Shown: piece after piece, positions 1-12,100 of the stretch
Numbering within the stretch: the stretch's first letter is position 1
How the letters are laid out: every line of letters starts with the position of its first letter
Virus record (IMG/VR): IMGVR_UViG_3300022752_000014
Direction: 5' to 3' (one strand)
Length of the DNA: 64,000 nucleotides
Source: a virus
Taxonomy: Duplodnaviria > Caudoviricetes
Notes under the pieces: generated by a model
Told to the model about the DNA's origin: nothing
Databases searched by the model: none
The model's input: the letters and a program-made list of their open reading frames with translations, nothing else
Translations under genes and position numbers: made by a program

Positions 1-11
1 ACTCTTTTTTT

Positions 12-533
12 ATGACTGAGAAAGAAAATCATATTTTGAATTGGATACGTGAAGTATCTAAAGTCAGAGAAGAATTAAATGGATTTGCAATTTGTCCTTT
101 TGCTTCGAATGCAAAATATCGCATCGTAGAGTGCTCTGCAAGCGCCATAGAACCCATTGAAGATATGGATGTGATAATCTATATCATTGAGGATGAATTT
201 AATCTTGATGAGGTTCAAAAATGGGTTGATATTTGCAACTCAAAGTATGATGAATGGAAGTTTTTTGAAGACTGTGGCACATATGACACATTCATTAATG
301 GAATTCAAACAAACAATGGCAAATATAATTTAATTTTAGGGCAACCAACTCAAAAATTACGCAAGTTTCGGGAAAATTTAGCAAAAACATCCTATTATGA
401 TATGTGGGATGATGACTATCTCAAAGAAATACTAGAAAATGACTATGACATCATTGAAAAACGGGATAGCAACCCCGTAAAAAGTTCTGATTTAACAAAT
501 CAGGAGCAAAACAATGACCAAACAAGTCGATAA
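12..533 (+). CDS. Hypothetical protein with a CPFA motif (DUF1415-like, tentative)
   Basis: 173-aa ORF containing GFAICPFAS; co-oriented with the downstream operon; the C-terminal ~25 aa run over the hairpins at 461-507. Confidence 0.6.
   Translation: MTEKENHILNWIREVSKVREELNGFAICPFASNAKYRIVECSASAIEPIEDMDVIIYIIEDEFNLDEVQKWVDICNSKYDEWKFFEDCGTYDTFINGIQTNNGKYNLILGQPTQKLRKFRENLAKTSYYDMWDDDYLKEILENDYDIIEKRDSNPVKSSDLTNQEQNNDQTSR
461..507 (+). promoter_or_regulatory. Two tandem hairpins; the second sequesters the SD of ORF 514
   Basis: ACGGG(461-465)/CCCGT(474-478) stem; TTCTGATTT(485-493)/AAATCAGGA(497-505) stem with AAC loop, overlapping AGGAG (502-506) upstream of ATG 514. Confidence 0.45.
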
Positions 534-768
534 AGACGAAAATTTTATGAAAAATGAATGGGGAACTCAGTATTTGGCAAGTGAATATGGTTGGGAGACC
601 AAAATAGAGAAGCAAAAGATGCTTCGTGAGATCGCAAATGACGATTTAACACCCAAAAAACACGATTTTTACCATCAAAGTGAAATTCACTCAAAAATTC
701 GCAACGATGAGGACTATGATGACTGGGAATATGGAACGGAACCCATTTATGAGCCCAAAAATCCTTAA
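514..768 (+). CDS. Small acidic hypothetical protein, typical of cyanomyoviruses upstream of gp25
   Basis: 84-aa ORF with AGGAG SD; DYDDWEYGTEP motif. Confidence 0.75.
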   Translation: MTKQVDKDENFMKNEWGTQYLASEYGWETKIEKQKMLREIANDDLTPKKHDFYHQSEIHSKIRNDEDYDDWEYGTEPIYEPKNP

Positions 769-774
769 TAAATA
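767..774 (+). promoter_or_regulatory. T4-type late promoter (gp55-dependent) for the baseplate operon
   Basis: AATAAATA, a variant of TATAAATA, 21 nt before the gp25 ATG. Confidence 0.7.
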
Positions 775-794
775 AGGTAGAATTATCATATCTA

Positions 795-1196
795 ATGCCA
801 CTCGAAAGGGTAAGTCAGGGTTTTAAAGATATTAGCATGTCATTTCAGGTTAATCCCCTGAATAGTGACCTGATTGCCCTTAAAAATGAAACTGCAATCT
901 CTCGCTCTATTCGTAATATTGTATTTACAGTGCCTGGAGAGAAGTTTTTTAATGAAAATTTTGGATCTAGAGTTTCTCAAAGTTTATTTGAAAATGTTGA
1001 TGAGATTTCGGCATCAACTATTGAAGATGAAATACGAAATTCAATACGCAACTATGAACCAAGAGTTCAATTAGTAAGCGTGAATGTTTATCCAGATTAT
1101 GATAATAATTCTTTTGATGTAGTAATCGTCTATAACATTATTGGAGCAGACGTTCCTGCTCAACAGTTACAATTTGTATTGCAACCTACAAGGTAA
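795..1196 (+). CDS. gp25: Baseplate wedge subunit gp25
   Basis: SIRNIVFTVPGEKFF and IRNYEPRVQL motifs of the gp25 family; directly before gp6. Confidence 0.92.
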   Translation: MPLERVSQGFKDISMSFQVNPLNSDLIALKNETAISRSIRNIVFTVPGEKFFNENFGSRVSQSLFENVDEISASTIEDEIRNSIRNYEPRVQLVSVNVYPDYDNNSFDVVIVYNIIGADVPAQQLQFVLQPTR

Positions 1197-3122
1197 ATGC
1201 CACTAGTAAACTTTACAAATCTGGACTTCGACCAGATTAAAACAACGCTTAGGGATTATCTTAAGTCAAATTCCAATTTTACTGATTATGACTTTGAGGG
1301 GTCTAATCTCTCAACGATTCTTGATGTTCTGGCATACAATACCTATATTACTTCATATAATGCAAATATGGTTGCAAATGAAGTATTCATTGATAGTGCA
1401 ACTCTAAGAGAGAATGTAGTTGCACTTGCAAGAAACATTGGATATGTACCAAGATCAAAAAAAGCATCAAGAGCAACAGTAAGTTTTTTTGTAGACTGTT
1501 CAAATATAACCCCAACACCAGTTTCACTAACGCTTAAGAAGGGTCCTGTTGCAAGCACATCAGGTACATTTAGTAATCAATCATTTGTTTTCTCAATCTT
1601 AGAAGATATTACTGTTCCAGTTTATGATAATATCGCAGAATTTAATAACATAGCAATTTATGAAGGAACTTTATTAACTTCTAACTTTACTTATACTGAT
1701 CGAAATCCAAATCAAAGATTTATATTACCAAACTCTGGAATTGACACTAGTTTAATTTCTACAATTGTAAAAAATAGTCAACAATCAACAGTTTCCGTAA
1801 AGTATAATCAACAAGATAGTCTTTTTTCAATTGATAAAGAATCTGAGATTTACTTTATACAAGAAATTGAAGATGAAAGATATGAATTAATTTTTGGTGA
1901 TAATGTCTTTGGTAAAAAACTACAAGAAGGTAATTATATTGAAGTTTCATATATTACAACCAATGGAGACTCAGCAAATGGAGTCAGTCAATTTGTATTT
2001 TCTGGTAGATTAACATACACAAGAAATTCGACTGATTATGTTGTAACTTCTGGAATATCGTTGTTGACCACTGGATTAACATCATCTGGTGGTGAAAATA
2101 TAGAATCCGTAGAGTCAATTAAAAAATATGCACCAAGAATCTATTCTTCTCAAAACAGAGCAGTCACTGCAAATGACTATGAAACTCTAATACCTGCAAA
2201 AATTTATCCAGAAACTGAATCTATATCAGTCTTTGGCGGAGAAGAATTGATTCCTCCCCAATACGGTAAAGTTTTTATCAGTATCAAACCAAGAAGTGGA
2301 GATTTTCTTTCAAATTTAGTCAAAGAAAATATCAAATTAAAACTTAAAAAATATTCTGTTGCTGGAATTGTTCCCGAAATTTTAGATCTTAAGTATCTGT
2401 ATATTGAAACCGATTCTAAAGTTTATTACAATACAAATCTTGCTCCAAGTGCATCTTACGTTTCAAGTATTGTTCAATCAAATGCAACTAAGTATTCGGA
2501 ATCAACTGAATTAAATAAGTATGGTGCCAGATTTAAGTATAGTAAGTTTTTAAAAATTATTGATGATAGTCACGAATCAGTGACTTCAAATATTACCAAG
2601 ATACAAATTAGAAGAGATCTTAGAACCTCACTGAATAGTTTTGCAGAGTATTCAATTGGATTTGGAAATGAATTCCACATTAATAGTATGAGTGGATACA
2701 ATATTAAGTCTACTGCATTCAGAGTAAGCGGAATTTCTCAAGATGTTTATCTTTCTGATGTTCCAAATACAGATAGAGTAACTGGTTCAATATTCTTCTT
2801 TAATGTTCCAAATGCCTCATCAACTACGCCAACAATTTTAAAAAGAAATGTGGGGGTAATTAACTATAAATCTGGAATTATTACCCTCAATCCAGTTATT
2901 ATTACTTCAGCAAAACAAAAAAATGGGCAACCAATAATTGAAATATCCGCCACACCAAAATCAAATGATGTGATTGGATTGCAGGATTTGTATTTGCAAC
3001 TAGATATTAGTAAGAGTAATTTTGAAATGGTCATCGATGAAATTTCTTCTGGATTAGACCCTTCAGCATCAAATTACATTGTATCATCAAGTTACACTAA
3101 CGGGAATTTAGTAAGATTATAA
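1197..3122 (+). CDS. gp6: Baseplate wedge subunit gp6
   Basis: LDFDQIK..L, FTDYDFEGSNLSTILDVLAYNT, DSATLRENVVALAR, QNRAVTANDY motifs. Confidence 0.95.
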   Translation: MPLVNFTNLDFDQIKTTLRDYLKSNSNFTDYDFEGSNLSTILDVLAYNTYITSYNANMVANEVFIDSATLRENVVALARNIGYVPRSKKASRATVSFFVDCSNITPTPVSLTLKKGPVASTSGTFSNQSFVFSILEDITVPVYDNIAEFNNIAIYEGTLLTSNFTYTDRNPNQRFILPNSGIDTSLISTIVKNSQQSTVSVKYNQQDSLFSIDKESEIYFIQEIEDERYELIFGDNVFGKKLQEGNYIEVSYITTNGDSANGVSQFVFSGRLTYTRNSTDYVVTSGISLLTTGLTSSGGENIESVESIKKYAPRIYSSQNRAVTANDYETLIPAKIYPETESISVFGGEELIPPQYGKVFISIKPRSGDFLSNLVKENIKLKLKKYSVAGIVPEILDLKYLYIETDSKVYYNTNLAPSASYVSSIVQSNATKYSESTELNKYGARFKYSKFLKIIDDSHESVTSNITKIQIRRDLRTSLNSFAEYSIGFGNEFHINSMSGYNIKSTAFRVSGISQDVYLSDVPNTDRVTGSIFFFNVPNASSTTPTILKRNVGVINYKSGIITLNPVIITSAKQKNGQPIIEISATPKSNDVIGLQDLYLQLDISKSNFEMVIDEISSGLDPSASNYIVSSSYTNGNLVRL

Positions 3123-3126
3123 TCAA

Positions 3127-6100
3127 ATGACAGAAAAGAGAGTTCAGTTTAGCAACATCGTTCAGAACCAACTTCCTGCGTATGTTAGGGAGGAATTTCC
3201 GTTAATCTCTGAATTTCTATCACAATATTATATTTCACAAGAGTTTCAAGGCGCTCCCGTTGATCTTATTCAAAATATAGATCAATATGTAAAGGTTGAT
3301 GAAATTGCAAATAATTCAAATTCCCTATATCTTTCAACAAGTATCAATGATATTGATACTACAATTGTTGTAGATGTTGGCAAAAATCCAGAAGGGACAC
3401 TAAACTTTCCCGACTCTTATGGACTTCTCCAAATTGGTGATGAGATTATTACATATACTGGAAAAACAACAAATTCATTTACTGGTTGTATAAGAGGGTT
3501 TAGTGGAATTACTTCATATACAACTCAAAATGCTCCTGACCAACTAACTTTTAAATCATCAAAGTCTTCTTCACACAATTCTGGGACTAAAGTTGTAAAT
3601 TTAAGTTCTTTATTCTTAAAGCAATTTTTATCAAAGATAAAATATCAACTTTCTCCAGGATTTGAAGATAGAACTTTATATTCGGGATTGGATCAATCAA
3701 TCTTTTTAAAACAGATTAAAGATTTTTATCAAAGTAAAGGAACTGACGAATCTTTTATTATTTTGTTTAAAGTTTTATATGGAAAAGACGTTAAAATTAT
3801 AAAACCAAAAGAAAATCTGTTTAGACCCTCTGATGCTCAATATAGATTAACTAATGATGTAGTAGTAGAAAGCATTTCTGGAGATCCATCAGATTTAATC
3901 AACCAGACATTACAACAAAATGCATATGGAAATATATCATATGCTCGCAGTCCAATAACTTATATTGAAAAAATAGTTTCTGGTGTTGGTAATACCTATT
4001 ATAAACTAAGTTTAGACTCTGGATACAACAGGGATATTATCGCTAATGGCGCAACCGTAGGAAAATTCACAGTTCATCCACAAACAAAAATAATTGGACC
4101 AGTATCTACTGGGGTTACTGTTTTTGATGTAGATTCTACTGTTGGATTTTCTTCAAGTGGAGAACTCCTAGTAAAATATGGAGATGATAGCACAGGAATA
4201 GTTACATATACTTCAAAAACTTTAACTCAGTTTTTTGGTTGCTCTGGAGTTTCTAAAACTATCCTTGATGGAGCAGCAATTGGTATTAATACATATGCAA
4301 GCGCGTATAAACCAAATGGTTCTCTTGTAAAACTAAGAGTAACCTCTGTTTTAAATTCTACCGAAATCATTGGAGATACTCGTTATCATTCAAAAGATGA
4401 TACTTCCATAATCAGAACTTTAGGTGTTAAGATCGAAGACACCCCTTCAAAAAATTGGTTTTTTAATATTCCAGTTTCATATAAGGTGAAGTCTATTTTT
4501 TCTCTTGGCACAAATGATACTTACAATATAACAACAGATAAAAAGAATGTTTTAAAAATTGGCGATAAAGTTGATGTTATTTCAAGTTCCGGAGTTAAAA
4601 AAACTTCAACTGTCATTGACTTAATCTCTGATACTACATTCACAATAAAGGGTCAAGGATCACTTTCCTTATCTGATACTTATACTATTAAAAAAATAAT
4701 ACTTAAGGTAAATTCCTCTTTTTTCCCAGGTGCATCTACTTTAAATTCAAATGTACAGAATGTATACAAATTAAATCAAAAAACTTTAGTCTCTTCACCA
4801 TCAATTCCCAGTTATTATAATCAATCTTTAAATGCTACTAATAGATTGGTAACAATCTCCGGATCATTCTCAGGCGATACCTTTACCATCACACCAAACT
4901 CAGATCACGGATTTTATACAGGAGATTCTGTTTATTATACTCCTGCTTCTCCCACAAACTCTTTATTTGATGAAGGGATATATTTTATTAAGAGAGTAGA
5001 TTCAAATAAAATTAAACTAGCAAAAAGTAGATCAAATATTTTTAATAATATATTTGTTTCAATTTCTAGTGCAACAACAGTAACTAGTGATAAAATTGAA
5101 CTATATGATTTAAAATCAAAAACTCTTGGTTCTCAAAAAATCCTTAGAGAAATAGATACTCCTATTGAAGATGGAAATGTATATGAAACAAATCCAGGAT
5201 TTACTGGAATTTTAATTAATGGTGTAGAAGTTTTAAATTATAAAGCAAGCGAATCAATTAATTATGGAAAACTAGAAAGAGTAAACGTAATTGCTCCTGG
5301 TTCAAATTATGATATTATTAATCCACCAGTTTTAAGTATATCAGATTCTGTAGGTAGTGGTGCAACTGGTTTTTGTGCAATTAAGGGTTCTCTTCAAGAG
5401 ATTAGAATTATTGATCCTGGATTTGATTACCTAGACACTCCAATAATTAAAATTACTGGTGGCAATGGTGTTGGCGCAAAAGCATATGCCAATATGAAAT
5501 TGATTAGTCATGAATCTGTATTTAATTCGCAAGGAAATGCAGCACTTATTGATATTGGCAGTGCAACATCAACTATTGGATTTACGACATACCATAAATT
5601 TAGAAATGGCGAAAGAGTCATTTATAAAACAGACAGTCAAAGAGGAGTTGGTGGATTATCAACAGATTCATCATACTTTGTTTCAGTAAAAGATAATTTT
5701 ACAGTTAAATTACACAACACTTTGAATGATGCAATATCTGGAATTAATACCGTAGTTTTATCATCGTATGGTATAGGAAATCATAAGTTACAATCATATA
5801 ACCAAAAATCCGTTCTTAAATCAATTAACATTGAGAATCCAGGGTTTGGTTATGAAAATAAAAAAAGAACAACTACACATTTGGGAATTAATACTTCACT
5901 ATCTCAAATTGAAATTGAATCGCATAATTATGAATCAGGAGAAACTATAGTTTATACTACAGATTTTACTCCTATTGGTGGTCTTTCAACAAACACCAAC
6001 TACATCGTAACCAAAGTCAATGACAATGAATTCAAGTTATCTACCGTTGGTGTAGGTAGCACTGATTATGATTTTTACTACAAAACTAAACAGTATGTTG

Positions 6101-9100
6101 ATCTAACGTCTACAGGAATTGGTACACACACATTTAACTATCCAGAAATAAAAGTAGAACTCATAGGTAATGTTGGATTATCCTCAATTGGAACAAAAAC
6201 ATTTGATGCGGTTGTTCAACCTATTTTTAGAGGTCAAATCACTTCAGTTCATCTAACTTCAAAAGGTGTTGGATATGGTTCATCTGAAATTATTAATTTC
6301 TACAGACAACCTTCTTTTGCATTGAAGTCTGGCAAATCAGCACAATTAAACCCAATAGTATCAACAGATGGGAGACTTATAGAAGTTTTAGTTGATAATG
6401 TTGGATCTGAATACAATTCTCCACCAACCCTAACCATCATTGGAAGCGGTTCTGGTGCGGTAGTTACACCAATCATTACAAATGGTCAATTAACATCGGT
6501 TAAAGTAATTGAGAGTGGGTTGGGATATACGCAAGAGTCAACTTCTATTATTGTGACGCCTGCTGGGTCTTCTGCAGAGTTTAGTGGAAAGATTCAATCT
6601 TGGACTATTAATCTTTATAAAAAATATTATTCATCAATTACACCAGATGATGGTTTTGTTACAAAGGGATTAAATGAAAAGTTTGGTCTTCAGTATTCAC
6701 ATCTTTATGCACCAAGAAAGTTAAGAGAAATTATTCAACCAGTAGATCAGAGTGGAAATAAAGTTTATGGTAAAACTGATTTAGCAAAGGAAAACAATGT
6801 TGAAGCGAACTCTACAAGTCACTCGCCAATTATTGGATGGGCATATGATGGAAATCCAATTTATGGACCATATGGTTATGTTACAAAAACTGGTGGCATT
6901 GTTTCTCAATTAAAATCTTCATATATTTTAGAAAATAAACCAAATAGACCATCATCTACATTATTTGAGTCTGGATTTTTTGTAGAAGACTTTACTTATT
7001 ATAAAAAATCTGACGACACATTCCTTGATGAAAAAAATGGAAGATTCTGCGTAACTCCAGAATATCCTAAAGGAGTTTATGCATATTTTGCTACGTTTGA
7101 AACTTCTCCAGATAGTGGTGGAAAATTTGTAGGATACAAACAACCAAAGTTTCCATATCTAATTGGTAATTCATTTAAGTCAAAACCAAATGAATTTAAT
7201 TTCCTAAAAAATTCAAATCAAGACGATTTTGATTTGAATCAGACCAATTGGTCCAGAAATACTTATTTTTATAACTTAATAAATGATGAAGCATCGTATC
7301 CATATATTACAGTTCCTAATAAATTAAATCAAACTGTAGACGTTAAATTTGCAACTCCTGGAGTAATAGAGTCAATAGGTATTGTAACAGGTGGTCAAAA
7401 CTATAGAGTTAATGATTCTTTAGTTTTTGATAATACAAATACTCAAGGAGATGGTGCAAGTGCTAGAATTTTTAAACTTAAAGGAAAAGAAGTAACAACA
7501 GTTAGTGTTGCAACCAGTTCTATCTCTGAAGTAGAAATATATCCAGGAGAAAATAAAGATGACTATATTATTTTTGCAGAGAATCCACACAACTTTAAAA
7601 ATTACGATGATATTGCAGTATCTGGATTAAATACAACTTCATCATTACTTGAAGGTTCTTATCAAATAGGTGTGTCTACAAATATTCTTATTCTCTCTGG
7701 AATTGGAACCACTACGGGAACAATTACCACCGGCATAGGAAGTACAGGAGTAACTGGTATTATAACTTATATTAATGTAAAAGGTACTCTAAATTATCCA
7801 ATTATAAGAGAAAATGATGTTTTATCAATAGAAAATGAAAAAGTTAAAGTTCTGAACGTAGATAAATTAAATTCTAGAATTCGTGTTATTAGATCTTATC
7901 AAGGAACATCTGGTGTAGCTCACACTGCATCAACATTAATCAAAGAATCTCCAAGAAAACTTACTATTAATGCGGGATACAAAACATCTTATGATTATAG
8001 AATAAACAAGCAATTATATTTTAATCCTGCAGATTCTGTTGGATTAGGGACACTTTTTGGAGTTGGCATTGGCACTACAATTACTTTTAGTAATCCTGGA
8101 GCAGGAATAACTCAGATATTCATCCCAACAAAATCAATCTATATTCCAGGACACGGATTAGAAACAGGTGATCTTGTCACTTATTCAAATAATGGTGGGT
8201 CTTCGCTTGTAATTTCTTCTACTGGAATCGGAACAACTTCTTTATCCGACCAATCAAACGTTTATGTTGCAAAAATTTCAGATGATTTAATTGGTATTGC
8301 TACAGTTAGAGTTGGTTTAGGTTCTACAGGCACTTTCGTCGGAATCGCAAGTACTCAAAGATCTGAATCAACGGTTTACTTTATTTCAAATGGAACTGGG
8401 GTATATCATAGTTTTAAAACTAACTTTAGTGTAATTACAGGAACTATTGAAAGAAATATTGTTACGGTTTCGTGTGCTGCCACTCACGGGTTGAATAATA
8501 ATGATACTGTTTATATTGATGTCAATCCTTCAATTTCAACAACTATTACAGTTAAGTATGATGATTATAATAGAAAAGTAATAGTCAATCCAAAATCATT
8601 TGCAGGTGTCAATACATCAACAAATACAATTACAATATCCAATCACGGATTCTATAGTGGCCAAAAAGTAATTCATACCTCAACAGCACCTTCTGGTGGA
8701 TTGCAAAATGAAGGAGAATACTTTATTGTAAAAGTTGATAAAAATAATTTTAAATTATCAACTACATTCTATGGTGCAACAAAACTTATACCTACTATAG
8801 TAGGAATTACAAGTTCATCAACTGGTAATATTTCTCCTATCAATCCACCTTTAACCCTTTATAAAAATTCTCAAGTAATATTTGATGTATCCGATTCTTC
8901 TCTATCTTATGTAAATCAATCACAAAGATATCCTGCGTTTAGTTTGGATTTTTATAGAGATAGTAATTTTACTCAAATTTTTGAAACCAGCGGTAAGAAA
9001 AATACATTTGAAGTACAAAAATCTGGAATTGTTGGAGTATCGTCAAATGCAAAAGTTATTCTCACTGTTAATAGCAATATTCCACAAAAGTTATATTATA

Positions 9101-12100
9101 AACTTACTCCAGTCTATGAAAGCACAATTCCAGATGATAAAAAGTATCTTGGAATAGATTCTGAAATTGTTTTAAATAATCAAATTGAAGTATTAGAAAG
9201 TAAGTATAATGGTGAAAAAGTTATAACTTCAGTATCATCAACAAGTTTTACATATACTTTACCAACAACACCAGAAAATTCCTCATACGTAAGTTCAGCA
9301 TCAAGTATCAGTTATACAACAAATTCTACAAATGCCTTTGGATCTATTTCCGAAATTGAAATTGTAAATGGCGGAAGAAATTATTATTCACTACCTGGAA
9401 TTTCTACCATTATTTCGTCAAACGGACAAAATGCAATTTTAGAAGCATCTAGCACTTCTATTGGAAAAATTAAAAAAACAAAAATTAATGATATTGGATT
9501 TGATTTCCCAAGTGATTTAACCCTCAGACCTAGTGTTTCTTTGAATCAGGTCATCAAAGTAGAACCACTGTCATCACTTAAATCAGTTGGAGTTAATTCT
9601 TTTGGAAGGGGATATTCATCTGCACCAAAACTTTTAGTGTTTGATGGAAAAACTAATAAAATAATTCCAGAAGTTGATTTGAAATATACTCTTGGACAAA
9701 ATCAAGTTGAAATTCGCAAAAATACTTATGGTTTAAACAATGCAACTCCAACTATTCTTCCAGTACAAAATTCAAACGGAGTTGGTATTGGTTCAATAAA
9801 ATACAATTCAAATACAAAAGAAGTTATTGTTACTTTATCCGTAGGATTCAGCACAGCAGATTCTTTCCCATTCAAAGTAAATGACAGAGTTCTAATTGAA
9901 GGTATTAGTGTAGGAGTGGGGTCTACTGCAACTGGATATAATTCAGAAAATTATAATTACAAATTATTCACACTTACTTCCGTCACAGAAAATAGAGGTG
10001 GAATTGGGTCTGTATCTTATAGTCTTGATGGGATTTTAACAGGTTCTCAAATACCAGGAACTTATGATCCTGTCAATTCCGCTGGAAGAATTATACCAGA
10101 AAAATATTTCCCAAGTTTTGAGATCCAACTACAAAAAAATAATTATCTAATCGGGGAACCAATAAAATCAAATACGACTTCTGGTTATGTTGATGGTTGG
10201 AATTCAACTATAAATCAACTTAGAGCAGTATCTAAAGATAACTTCATTGAAGGAGAAATTATTGAAGGATTAACATCAAAAACTCAAGGAATCGCAAGTA
10301 TTGTAGACACCACAGATTCCTTCTTCAAGTTAGATTCAACATCACTAGTTGATAATGGGTGGCAAGTTAATGCCGGATTCTTAAATACCAATTCAGAAAG
10401 AATTCAGGATAGTGATTTCTACCAAAACTTCTCATATTCAATTAAATCCCAAGTAAGTTATGATGATTGGAAAGATGCGGTAAGCACCTTAAATCATACA
10501 ACAGGATTTAAGAAATTTGCTGAATATCAATTAGAAACAAAAAATTCCAACTCAATGGCAGTTGGATTATCTACAGAGAAAACTTATATTGACGTAACAT
10601 CTGATATTATTAGTTTTGTAGATTTAAACTGTGTCACTGATTTTGATCTAGTAAGAGAAAATTCTCTTAAACTTGGAGAAAAAACATTCTCAAATGAGAT
10701 TACTTTTTCTAATAAAATTTTAACCGATTATTCTGAATCAATTGGTAATAGAGTTCTATCTATTGATGATATAAGTTCTGAATTTAATAGCAATCCAAGA
10801 TCGACAAGATTTTCAGAAGTTCATAGATTTTCACTATCTGATGCTAGAGCACAAAAGTATATTACTTATGTAAGTGATAGAAGATATGTTGGACAACGGC
10901 AGTTGATGTTAGTTACTTTACTGCATAGTGATGGGGTTGGTTATCTTAATCAATATGCAAGACTAGAATCAACATATGATTTAGGATCATTTGATTTTTC
11001 TATTGAGGGATCTGAAGGAATTCTGACATTCAATCCAACTAATTACTCAATTAATGATTATACTGTTACTACTTTAGCATACAATCTTAAAGATGTAATG
11101 CTTGGTATCAATACCCTTAATTTTGGGGACTTAGTAACTACTCAAACAAGTAGTGGATCAGTTTCTTCTGGTTCTACAACAATCGTTGGTGTTGGAACCA
11201 CATATACTTCTGCCAAAGTTCTAGTTGAACTTACAGGATCAAACGGTCAATATGAATTTGATGAATTAAACATAGTTCACGATGGAACTAATGTAGAGTT
11301 ACTTGAATATGGTCAAATTACAAATCATTCCTTAGATGTTTATTCTAGTTCTGGACTCGGAACTTATTATCCATATATTTCTGGATCTCAACTTAAAGTA
11401 GATTTTTATCCAAATACTGGAGTTGCAGTAACGTTTAATACTTTCCAAACTCTTTTAGGTGGATCCTCTTCTGGAATTGGAACTTATGATATGAAACACG
11501 CCAGACTTCAGGGCATATCAACTTCAATATCATCTTCTGGATCTCCAGTGGCTACATCAATCATTGAATATCCTGGAGATTATGATTGCTCATATAGCAT
11601 TGTTCAAGTTGCCGATACCACAAATAATAGATATCAATTGTCCGAAATTGCTGCTTTAGATAATCAAACGGATGAAAGTTCTGGAGAAACTTATATTGTT
11701 GAATTTGCAAATGTAGAGACTTATTCTGGTCTTGGTACTTTTGGTATTAGAAAAAATTCATCAACAACACAAATAACTTTTACGCCATTAGCAAATATCA
11801 ACACAAGAGTCGTTGGATTCTTTAATGCTTTAAGATCTCAAGATGATGTAAAAGATGTAGTTTCATTTAACAATGGTAGTATTGAAACAAATTTCGGAAC
11901 TTATTTTGGCACTGAAAGAGATATTAAACGAGCATTTGATCTAAAACATAAAGGATATCAAATATTCAGAAGAGATTTTGATGGTAGCAGTGTTTCTATT
12001 GCAAACACTCTTACAAATTCAATTACAATTCCAAATCACTTTTTCGTTACTGGAGAGCAAATTACTTATACAAATCCTGGAGCAGGAACTACACAAGCGA

